From the NCBI GenBank assembly GCA_043228905.1, contig JBHGNT010000015.1, forward strand, positions 15,252,001 to 15,316,000: a stretch of 64,000 bases of DNA. The letters run 5' to 3'. Origin of the DNA: Azolla caroliniana. Lineage: Eukaryota > Plantae > Polypodiophyta. Positions 13,594-24,007 of this stretch are shown one piece after another. The translations under genes and the position numbers were made by a program. The notes below the pieces were generated by a model. The model saw only the letters and a program-made list of their open reading frames with translations. It did no database searches and had not been told where the DNA came from. Numbering within the stretch: the stretch's first letter is position 1; every line of letters begins with the position of its first letter.

Positions 13594-15451
13594 ATGGGTA
13601 AGCTACCTTCTCTTCCTCCATCTCCTCCATGCCAGTCCTCTTCTCTCTTCTCTCATACCGTTTCTTCTGTTGTGTTGCTCTTTCTCCTTCCCTTTGTTCC
13701 GTCTCCTCACTCGTTCCGTCTGTGCCTTTGTGTTTGTGTCCTCCTCTCCTCCTCTCCTCCGCCACGCTCTTCTCCTTGTTTCCCTTAGGTGCGTACAAAT
13801 ACGTGGAGGAGCTATGGAGGAAGAAACAGTCCGATGTCATGCGATTCCTTCTTCGTGTTCGCTGCTGGGAGTATAGGCAGCTTCCTGGAATCGTTCGCAT
13901 CACTCGCCCTACCCGGCCAGACAAAGCTCGCCGTCTCGGATACAAGGCAAAACAGGTATTTTGCACTTTCACTCGTGTTTACCATTGAAATCATCATTTT
14001 AAGTTTTATTTGGTAATCACCAAGGAAGGATTTGTCAACATCTCTTACTTACGACTCCTACGTGCATAGCTTGTTTTTCAAATTTTTTGTTATTCCGTAG
14101 ATCTATGATGTGAGTGGACACTTGTTCAGACTCTGCAAGGATAAATCTTCTCCTGTGTGAAGATACAGTGTATATGACATGGATGACCTTTTCTGTATTA
14201 TTTACTATTTCGTAGATCTATGATATGAATGACATTAGAATTCTCTTCCGACATTGAAGCGTTACGTCTCCTCATACATCGATTTTGGCCTGATTTTCCA
14301 CTTTCTGACATGGTTTCTGAATCCAGAAATGCTGTACTTATTTCCTATGCTGTGTATTTTTAAATGCTACATTGAACAATTTAACCTAGACCACTCTTTT
14401 GCTCGAGATATTTCCGATTCATGTGGATTTTTTGTCCACTCAACGAAGTCTTTTATTGCTATTTTTCTCCTGACTACTAATGTTATCGTTTCTGATTGAT
14501 TAAAACAGTCTCTCTATTTACATATTTTTTCTTTCTAATCTGCGTGTCAATATTCACCCGAAGTGATAAGCTATTCTTCTACACATATCCGTGATTTTAT
14601 CTATTGGATTGTTTATTAATGGTTATGTCCTTGTAATATTATCCACAGGGCTATGTCGTCTATCGTGTTCGTGTGAGGAGAGGAGGACGTAAGAGGCCTG
14701 TATCCAAAGGTATTGTTTATGGAAAACCAAAGAACCAGGGTGTTACACAGTTGAAATTTCAGCGTAGTTTGCGTTCTGTTGCGGAGGAGAGAGCTGGACG
14801 AAAGCTTGGAGGTTTACGTGTGTTGAACTCTTACTGGATTAATCAGGCAAGTATGCTTTATAGTTTATCTTTTAGGTTACTTTAGGTAGATAAGTAGCTC
14901 CATCTGTCTGCTAGATGTTGTTTTGTTTTATAGTGTTTGGAATTGCTTGATTGCAATGCCTAATTCAGATGGGGAATTCCTTATGTATATAATTAGGATT
15001 AATTTTGCTTAAAAACTTTGGTCTAATTTAATTCAGAATGGTATCTCTGGTCTAATTTAATTTAGCAAGTATTTATTAATTTTAGACTTTGAAAAATAAA
15101 CGCCTTGAGATTCGTTTCAAGGGACAAATTATTGTATTATGACACTGGTGTCTGTAGGGTATGTCTTAGACTTCAATCTCGGAATTAATGTTATTTCTGA
15201 AACAGGATTCAACATACAAGTATTTTGAGATTATTCTTGTGGATCCCGCTCATACGGCCATTAGGAAGGATCCTAGAATCAATTGGTTGTGCAAGCCTGT
15301 GCACAAACACCGTGAATTGAGAGGTCTTACCTCTGCTGGTAAGAAGTACCGTGGACTTCGAGGGAAAGGTCACAACAATCATAAGTGCAGGCCTTCGATC
15401 CGTGCTACATGGAAGCGCAACAATACGCTGTCCCTCCGCCGATATCGTTGA
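13594..15451 (+). CDS. RPL15: 60S ribosomal protein L15 (eL15), 4 coding exons
   Basis: Exons 13594-13597, 13789-13955, 14649-14846, 15206-15451 join to [32 protein letters not shown]...[18 protein letters not shown]...[15 protein letters not shown]...TLSLRRYR, 204 aa, the canonical length. Intron 3 uses a GC donor. Confidence 0.98.
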
Positions 15452-15820
15452 TGAAGTTAGTGTGTTTGTGCTCAGAATGATTTATGACGATTTTGTTCTC
15501 TTGAGAACTGAATGGATTTCCTTGTTTTTTGTCGTAATTTCAGTTGTTACCTTGAGAATTTTGTTAATGAATGACATTGAGTTTTGAAAATATATCCTTG
15601 TATTAGATAAATTGCTAAATTAGTGATGTAAGTTTGAAATGGACCACTATATTGATTCTTAAATTAGTGTCATTGTTTTTGTGCTAGTAGAATTTGTCAC
15701 CAATGTATTAAGTTTGCATAATGGGCTAACTATTTGTTCATATTCTATGGTGCAAAATTTGTTAAAGTTTGTAGCTGTTATGAATCAACTGCACCTTGCA
15801 CTCTTCTTTCTCATGTGGTC

Positions 15821-15957
15821 AGAATTGGAATGCTTATTTGATAATTCAGAGATGTAATTAATCAATTTTATAGTTGATTAGTTTTGTGGTTAGAATCGGA
15901 ATGCTTATTTGATAATTCAGAGATGTAATTAATCAATTTCAAAGTTGATTAGTTTTG
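15821..15957. repeat. Tandem duplication (~71 bp x2)
   Basis: agaat.ggaatgcttatttgataattcagagatgtaattaatcaattt...agttgattagttttg occurs twice. Confidence 0.8.
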
Positions 15958-17239
15958 ATGCTTCAAACCTCATCTGTTAGTAAAGTGTATGGTACACATT
16001 CTACACAAACGGTGATTTTTGATCCGCATCTGCAGGCTCACACATTTAAACTTGTTTGCCCTAAATCTTCAGCATGGGGAAATATTGTGTACATAGATTT
16101 CTAGTAGCATAATGCCTGTCACTTACATAGCTTTCTGAATTACACTCCTGTGTGAATCACTTGTGATTAGTTTTCATGGACCATCTCTGTTTTCGAATTT
16201 TAAGTATGTTTATGTAAGTCAGTGGATTGTATCGAAGTGAAAAGAGAAGACTCAATCCCAATGAAGATCAGACACAGGACTACTACTGTTGTGGGTGTTT
16301 TTTCATGTTTTGTACTGCTTTGTGCTTAGTGTGTTACAAATAAAAACCGGAATGGTAAAGGTTGAGAAATCTTTTACAAATAAAAACCAGAATGGTGAAG
16401 GTTGAGAAATCTTTGAGCAAAGTTGAGAAACTTAGTGGTAGTAGAGAATTTATTTGCTGCTCATTTTGAACTTGCAAGCACGATCTGAGAGTGCTCAAAG
16501 GTTTGATTAGGAGTGAAGTGAAAGAGAATGATTGAAATTCCATTATATAGCGCTATCAAAACTCCACTAGTTAGCATAATATTTTTTTTTGGATGGAACT
16601 AGATTGGTCAGTATATTTTTTAGAATTGGATAACTTCATGTTAAACTTTCATAAAATAAAGTGCTATAATAGTAATTAGAATAATGTTCCATATTTTTTT
16701 TGAGTTGTGATTCAAAGGGTTCGTTGGTAATTTTTGTTCATGAGTCATCTTGAGAACCAAAACCTATTTTTGAGACTTGCTAATCTTAAGGAATCAAACG
16801 ATATGTTGGGCATAACTTTTATTATTTTATATGATGTACTCGAAGGACTCATAAATTAGAATATCAAGAGGAGATGCATTATTGGATGGATGCGGGGACG
16901 TAGTAAGGGAGGTCTAAGGTCTACTTTCTTTGTGTCGGTTGGATTGTGTAAATATGATAGACATTGATGCTTTATACTCTTATGAATTTTGACACTAAGA
17001 GGTTCTTGGAATCTTTGTGTTGAAACAAGGGAAAGATGAGTTAACAGAAGGGGAGCTTGTAGGGTCAAATTTGCACACAGTCATGTGGTTGAGCTCCAAA
17101 GAGCAAGCCTTCCAAATTCGTTGGTTATTCTCGACCTTAGTCTTGACAAAGTGACACATTGCAGTTAAAAGGAGATTGCGAGGATGTTATCTAAGAGTGT
17201 GTTTGATGAGTTTATTTCCCACAACTTCTAGGTTGCAAC

Positions 17240-17876
17240 TAGCAATGGGCCCGGTTTCAGCTCAAACCGAATCGAACCGAAAAACCGTAGCTCAACGGTT
17301 TATAGGTTCAAAGATAAATAAACAATTTGGTTTGGTTTCAAATGTTACTAATCGATTTCGGTTCAGTTTTGAATTGACCAGTTTAGCGGTTTAACGGCTT
17401 ATCGATTTCTGTTTACGTGGTTCGGTTTAAAGGTTAAAAAATACTCATAAATATTTTCTATAGACTATAACTTTAAACTTTTGTTTTAACTTATTAAATT
17501 TTATATGTATTATATTTAGAGTCTCTTTTTCATTTATGATGATCAAATTTATGATTAGTATGATGACTAAATTTATGATAAGTATGATGACTAAGTTTAT
17601 GATAAGTATGATGACAAATTTTATCATAAGTATGATGACAAATTTTATGATGAGTATGATGAATAAATTTATGATGATTTTCTCACACGAATTTATAATA
17701 AGTATAATGATTAATATCAATAAAAAATGGTTTGGTTTGGTTTTAAAATTTTCGTAAACGGTTTGGTTTAAATGGCTTCATAAATTTTAAAATAGTTTGG
17801 TTCGATTTTTATTATTAATAAATGGTTTGGTTTGGTTTCAAGGCCAAGAAACCGAACTGAACCGGGCCCATTGCTA
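17240..17876. mobile_element. hAT-type non-autonomous DNA transposon (MITE), 637 bp
   Basis: ~20-bp TIR tagcaatgggcccggtt(t)cag / ctgaaccgggcccattgcta. 8-bp TSD gttgcaac (17232-17239) / gctgcaac (17877-17884). Subterminal aaaccg/ggttt repeats and an internal 24-bp ATG-rich minisatellite (~17535-17710). Confidence 0.85.
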
Positions 17877-18142
17877 GCTGCAACCATGAAAACATCAATC
17901 CTACATGTACACTTCTAAAAATTTGGAGATACAGAAGCAAATCAACATATTATTCTACCTCCTCGTGGGAGTGATGTCCATACACATTATGCATACGAAC
18001 TCCAAAGAGGATAACATACATAAAATATAGAAAGACTAGGGTGGGGAAGCTTAGATCACAAAGATCTTTGGTATCCATATAGGGAGGTACATAGGCTCGA
18101 AGCACATAACATTGTACAAGGATACGGAGAACATCATGATGA

Positions 18143-19621
18143 TCAAAGATGGGCTTGGGCCACTTGGTTGAGCATTGCGAGGACGTCAATGCTCGAGGGG
18201 CGGGCGGACGGGGACTTTGCGAGGCAAAAGGACGCGATCCTAAACGTTAACAACATTTGTTCCTCGAAGCCATGGCCAAGCAAGCGTTTGTCGAACTTGC
18301 CCAAGATGTGCTCGGAGCCCATGGAGATGGTGTTCGCGGCCCAACCCCCCATGTAAGTGTCCCCATCTTCAAGAAACATCTCACTCAAAGGTTGTTGGTT
18401 AGTGAGGAGCACGACAAGGACCACGCCGAACGCATACACGTCTCCTTTGTCGGTGAAATTCAAGGCATGGTAATACTCGGGTGCGACATAGCCCACGGTG
18501 CCGACCCAATTGCTACCCGTGACATGAGTGGAGTCATCTAACACGAGCTTGGCTAGGCCGAAGTCTCCGATGTGGGCTTCCATGGCTTCATCTAGGAGGA
18601 TGTTCCCGGGCTTGAGGTCTCGATGAATGATTCGAGGGCGGGCATCATTGTGGAGGTATTTCAATCCTTTGGCGACGCCTAGGGCGATGGAGTAGCGCAT
18701 GGACCAATCGAGGTCGAGGGAGCCATCCCGGGCCTTGGCCAATGCATCACTCAAGCTCCCATTGATCATGTAATCGTAGATGAGGAGGTGCGTGTTGGGC
18801 CTCGGGACGTACGCGAGGAGGGTGAGGAGGTTCCGGTGCCTCACATGGCCCAAGGTGTCCATCTCCGCGCGGATTTGGGCCGAATTCTTGGTCAAGACAT
18901 CGATCTCCTCCGTCTCCTCCTCCTCCTCCGCTGGGACTGAATGCCTGTCCATTTCTTCTTGCTTCTTGTTCTTCTTGATCATCATCTTCTTCTTCTTCTT
19001 AATCATCATCACATTACTGATGCCATTCACCTTCTTGATGGCCACGATCTTGGTCGAGCTATGGCCTCCTCTGGTCTGCATAGTGAGTGTGGCTTTGTAG
19101 ACTTCACCGCTACCCCCTTTCCCCAGGAGATCCAAGCTTTCCAGAGCATTCTCATCCTGAAGGAATGCGATGGACTTCGAGTGGATGCTTCTTTGGTAGA
19201 TGATGGGTTTCAGGATGAGCCTTTTCTGGTTGATTCCCCAGCGTATGAGATGCGAGACAGCATAGAACACTAGCACTGTTAAGATTCCTGATATGACGCC
19301 CATGGCCACGCCTACCAGCCATCGGATCGCCTGAGGTTGTTTCTTGGATGTGGAGATGTCAGTAGTATTGGTTTGTAATGATCTCCTATGATCATAATCA
19401 GGCGATGATGGTGATGGCTTATATGCAGGAAAGTAGTGAACATTTCTCTGGCCATGGAAGCTTCTATGGATAGGTTTAGAAGCCCTCAGATGCTCCCTAA
19501 GCGAAGACGAGCGTGCAAAGCCATTGGAAGAACTTACGGTAGAGATGGTGTGGCTCCATAAGAACAGAGGGATGAGGATGACTAGCAGGAAAAGATGATG
19601 GGTTCTTGTCCAAAACGCCAT
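18143..19621 (-). CDS. Intronless receptor-like kinase, SOBIR1/CORYNE-related, with a short LRR-less ectodomain
   Basis: 492-aa ORF: signal peptide (aa ~1-31), ~70-aa ectodomain, TM WLVGVAMGVISGILTVLVFY with GxxxG motifs. The kinase has GKGGSG, VAIKK, HRDLKPGN, DFG and GTVGYVAPEY. Segments AFLQDENALESL, QIRAEMDTLGHVRHRNLL and GFEEQMLL closely recall SOBIR1/EVERSHED. Confidence 0.9.
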   Translation of the reverse strand: MAFWTRTHHLFLLVILIPLFLWSHTISTVSSSNGFARSSSLREHLRASKPIHRSFHGQRNVHYFPAYKPSPSSPDYDHRRSLQTNTTDISTSKKQPQAIRWLVGVAMGVISGILTVLVFYAVSHLIRWGINQKRLILKPIIYQRSIHSKSIAFLQDENALESLDLLGKGGSGEVYKATLTMQTRGGHSSTKIVAIKKVNGISNVMMIKKKKKMMIKKNKKQEEMDRHSVPAEEEEETEEIDVLTKNSAQIRAEMDTLGHVRHRNLLTLLAYVPRPNTHLLIYDYMINGSLSDALAKARDGSLDLDWSMRYSIALGVAKGLKYLHNDARPRIIHRDLKPGNILLDEAMEAHIGDFGLAKLVLDDSTHVTGSNWVGTVGYVAPEYYHALNFTDKGDVYAFGVVLVVLLTNQQPLSEMFLEDGDTYMGGWAANTISMGSEHILGKFDKRLLGHGFEEQMLLTFRIASFCLAKSPSARPSSIDVLAMLNQVAQAHL

Positions 19622-19667
19622 AGCTGCCTTTCGAGAAGTGTGAAGCTTCTGGTCTAGATTCTAGATA

Positions 19668-19708
19668 AAGAAGAAGAAGAAGAAGAAGAAGAAGAAGAAG
19701 AAGAAGAA
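19668..19708. repeat. (AAG)n/(CTT)n microsatellite in the kinase 5' leader
   Basis: About 13 perfect aag units just upstream of the ATG on -. Confidence 0.9.
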
Positions 19709-19813
19709 AATCAAAGGCCAAAAAGACAAGGAAGACTTGGTCTTCTTCAATAATTTCAATCTTGACTTATAGTCACTTCAGAGGTCTGTCGGGAATGGGG
19801 ATAGACTTTTACG

Positions 19814-19870
19814 CGTTTAGAGTAAAGTTGTCGACAAGTTCTCTTCCGTAGTACATTCATTGTCGCGGAG

Positions 19871-19944
<74 letters not shown>

Positions 19945-20074
19945 CAACATGTTCCACTACATGGAACATACCCATGTAGTGTAGTGTAGTTAGTGGGTGA
20001 CCATACTTCATGGTCACACCCATTGTAAGTAGTGTTTTTTACACACATTTATTAATATAATTGTGTGTTTTCAC

Positions 20075-20123
<49 letters not shown>

Positions 20124-20223
20124 ATTGAGAATAGTGATAGATTTAACATGTTTAGAGTAAAGTTATCGACAAGTTCTCTTTAGAAGTACATACATTGTCC
20201 CACAATTAAATGTATGTGTGTGT

Positions 20224-20275
<52 letters not shown>
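19814..20275. repeat. Duplicated promoter segment with (GT)n(GA)n microsatellites
   Basis: gtttagagtaaagtt.tcgacaagttctctt...gtaca..cattgtc...tgtgtg...gagaga occurs at ~19814 and ~20150, with an extra (GA)n at 20079-20120. Confidence 0.7.
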
Positions 20276-20278
<3 letters not shown>

Positions 20279-23200
20279 ATGTCTTCTAAGGCCAAAATTG
20301 GCCCATGAGACAAATGTTTTACAACAAAAATGGGCATTTATCCAATTATCAAAACAAAAGTAAAGTAAAAATAGCTTAAGCTAAAAGAGTTCTAGTAGTG
20401 TACAAAACTTTGCACTAAGCCTGATTTCATTTCCACCCAAGCCTCTCAAAAAGAAGTGGGGGGTCAAAGGTTTTTGGTCTGGGTGTAACCCATGGTCCCG
20501 GTGTATAGAGTGCCCCAACCATGACTTCTACGCGGTGTAGCTCACGTTCCCTTATTTTCATTATTGCTTCTACATCTCGTGGAGTTGCTTTAAAACCCGA
20601 CATCCGAGGGCGTTAGGTTCTTCTTTGATTTTCTGCTTCATCAAGGAAAAGCCCGAGTGGTGTAGGTGTGTTGACATTCGTTGACTCCCCCTATTCTTGA
20701 AAAGCTTCATTTGTTATATGTTGGTAAATATTAACAATATTATTATCAACATTTTGTAACTTATTCTCTCTGTGTTGTTTCAATTCTAGGATGTATCTGC
20801 CTAATTTCGTTATATCTAGTGTATCTAATAATTTAGGGAGGGTAGGAGAGGAACCAAGTATGTCTTGGTATTTTGCCCTTATCTCGGCATAGGTGGGACA
20901 TTTGCATGTAAGATGGTACTCATCCTCTATCTCTATGTGGCATAACCTACATATCCTTTCCTCCCTAGGGACTCCATTAGTGCGTCCATTCTCAATCTCA
21001 AGTTGGTGAGATGATATTCTAAGTTGACCGATGGCAACCCTTAGTGCATGTGGTAAGAATACATCTAGATATTTTGGCTGCGTAATAAAACCTAACGTAG
21101 AGAAGTGCATGAAGTGTTCTTTATAGTACAACCTTTTAGATGGGAGTGGCTCTAGTGGGGTGATCCATTTATACCGAGTATAAATTTGCCATATTTCTTG
21201 GCGTATTACTTTATTGCGGTCTTGGAGCCCAAACCGTTGATGCATACATGAGAGAGGGAGTCATTAATGAGTCAACGGGGGTAGAGTGAACTCAGCCCTA
21301 ATAATGTCATGTGGAACAATCAATTTGCTTTGGAGTTGGCGTGATGACATCATCACCAATGGTCTCTCTAATTGCGTCCACATGAAAGATGGTAGTCTTG
21401 GAGCCCAAACCGTTGATGCATACATGAGAGAGGGAGTCACTAATGAGTCAACGGGGGTAGAGTGAACTCAGCCCTAATAATGTCATGTGGAACAATCAAT
21501 TTGCTTTGGAGTTGGCGTGATGACATCATCACCAATGGTCTCTCTAATTGCGTCCACATGAAAGATGGTAGTCTTGGAGCCCAAACCGTTGATGCATACA
21601 TGAGAGAGGGAGTCACTAATGAGTCAACGGGGGTAGAGTGAACTCAGCCCTAATAATGTCATGTGGAACAATCAATTTGCTTTGGAGTTAGCGTGATGAC
21701 ATCATCACCAATGGTCTCTCTAATTGCGTCCACATGAAAGATGGTAGTCTTGGAGCCCAAACCATTGATGCATACATGAGAGAGGGAGTCACTAATGAGT
21801 CAACGGGGGTAGAGTGAACTCAACCCTAATAATGTCATGTGGAACAATCAATTTGCTTTGGAGTTGGCGTGATGACATCATCACCAATGGTCTCTCTAAT
21901 TGCGTCCACATGAAAGATGGTAGTCTTGGAGCCCAAACCGTTGATGCATACATGAGAGAGGGAGTCACTAATGAGTCAACGGGGGTAGAGTGAACTCAGC
22001 CCTAATAATGTCATGTGGAACAATCAATTTGCTTTGGAGTTGGCGTGATGACATCATCACCAATGGTCTCTCTAATTGCGTCCACATGAAAGATGGTAGT
22101 CTTGGAGCCCAAACCGTTGATGCATACATGAGAGAGGGAGTCACTAATGAGTCAACGGGGGTAGAGTGAACTCAGCCCTAATAATGTCATGTGGAACAAT
22201 CAATTTGCTTTGGAGTTGGCGTGATGACATCATCACCAATGGTCTCTCTAATTGCGTCCACATGAAAGATGGTAGTCTTGGAGCCCAAACCATTGATGCA
22301 TACATGAGAGAGGGAGTCACTAATGAGTCAACGGGGGTAGAGTGAACTCAGCCCTAATAATGTCATGTGGAACAATCAATTTGCTTTGGAGTTGGCGTGA
22401 TGACATCATCACCAATGGTCTCTCTAATTGCGTCCACATGAAAGATGGTAGTCTTGGAGCCCAAACCGTTGATGCATACATGAGAGAGGGAGTCACTAAT
22501 GAGTCAACGGGGGTAGAGTGAACTCAGCCCTAATAATGTCATGTGGAACAATCAATTTGCTTTGGAGTTGGCGTGATGACATCATCACCAATGGTCTCTC
22601 TAATTGCGTCCACATGAAAGATGGTAGTCTTGGAGCCCAAACCGTTGATGCATACATGAGAGAGGGAGTCACTAATGAGTCAACGGGGGTAGAGTGAACT
22701 CAGCCCTAATAATGTCATGTGGAACAATCAATTTGCTTTGGAGTTGGCGTGATGACATCATCACCAATGGTCTCTCTAATTGCGTCCACATGAAAGATGG
22801 TAGTCTTGGAGCCCAAACCATTGATGCATACATGAGAGAGGGAGTCACTAATGAGTCAACGGGGGTAGAGTGAACTCAGCCCTAATAATGTCATGTGGAA
22901 CAATCAATTTGCTTTGGAGTTGGCGTGATGACATCATCACCAATGGTCTCTCTAATTGCGTCCACATGAAAGATGGTAGTCTTGGAGCCCAAACCGTTGA
23001 TGCATACATGAGAGAGGGAGTCACTAATGAGTCAACGGGGTAAGAGTGAACTCAGCCCTAATAATGTCATGTAGAACAATCAATTTGCTTTGGAGTTGGC
23101 GTGATGACATCATCACCAATGGTCTCTCTAATTGCGTCCACATGAAAGATGGTAGTCTTGGAGCCCAAACCGTTGATGCATACATGAGAGAGGGAGTCAC

Positions 23201-23764
23201 TAATGAGTCAACAGGGGTAGAATGAACTCAGCCCTAATAATGTCATGTGGAACAATCAATTTGCTTTGGAGTTGACATGATAACATCATCACCAATGGTC
23301 TCTCTAATTGCGTCCACATGAAAGATGGTAGTCTTGGAGCCCAAACTGTTGATGCATACATGAGAGAGGGAGTCACTAATGAGTCAAAGAGCCACCCTTT
23401 AGTCCGTGGCTCTTGGAAGTATGCTTGATGGCATTGTCTCTCGAGTGAGAGGGATGCATGTCCTCTCGTAAGTCTATCCTTCGTTGCTTATGTCATTGAA
23501 AATTTACCTGAGTGGGCATTGAAAGTGACTCCAAGATAGACATATGATCCAACCACCTCAACTGGGCTATGTGAGATAGTTAGGTGACACTTACCTCTAA
23601 CTTGGGCCAACGTGTGGAAGATAAGGACTTTAGTTTTCCCTAGATTCACTACCAATCCTCATTGTGTGTAAAAGTCATCTAAGGCATTAAGGTGCCTTTG
23701 TAGGTTGTGTTCAGATTCAGAGAGCAAAACTATGTCATCTGCATAGAGCAAGATACGAACCTAT

Positions 23765-23766
<2 letters not shown>
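20276..23766 (-). mobile_element. 5'-truncated non-LTR retrotransposon (RTE/RTE-X-like LINE) carrying an internal tandem array
   Basis: The minus strand reads VRILLYADDIVLLSESEHNLQRHLNALDDF...VNLGKTKVLIF (YADD at 23745-23734), then YVYLGV and LFDSLVTPSLMYASTVW. The C-terminal ORF 20691-21245 has QLRISSHQLEIENGR...RICRLCH..IEDEYHLTCKCPTY, a CCHC motif typical of RTE-X ORF2. Both ends abut (GA)n. Confidence 0.85.
21219..23387. repeat. 176-bp tandem satellite, ~12.3 copies
   Basis: gtcttggagcccaaacc recurs at 21219, 21395, 21571 ... 23331 with an exact 176 spacing. Central copies are nearly identical. Confidence 0.98.
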
Positions 23767-23799
<33 letters not shown>

Positions 23800-23804
23800 C
23801 CTAG

Positions 23805-24007
23805 CCTAGATGGATGTACCTTAGTTGGTAAAGTTGCCTAATGGACACCAGGTGGTCATGGGTTCAACCCCTAGGTTCCATAGTGGACTGTGGCATCTAG
23901 TGAAATAAGAGATATCTATGGAGTAATAGAGAGTTGAGAAAATTGGGTTTCGCACCCAAGCATGTAAACAACTTACCATTAGGGTAAGTTAATTATAATA
24001 AAAAAAA
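23805..24007 (+). mobile_element. Candidate tRNA-derived SINE
   Basis: A-box-like taccttagttgg (~23817) and B-box-like gggttcaaccc (~23860) at tRNA spacing, A-rich tail at ~23995-24007, GA-rich flanks. Confidence 0.55.

Noticed and set aside
17445-17757. Ile/Met-rich membrane-like ORFs
   Set aside because: Translations of the AT-rich minisatellite inside the MITE.
21219-23387. CRISPR-like array, or a tandem snRNA/snoRNA/5S gene cluster
   Set aside because: Units are contiguous with no unique spacers and translate as LINE ORF2. gtgatga resembles a C box, but there is no matching D box or recognisable RNA gene. 176 is not a multiple of 3, so it is not a repeat protein.
23810-23875. Functional tRNA gene
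   Set aside because: A and B boxes are present but the stems do not pair well, and an A-tailed body follows; better explained as a SINE head.
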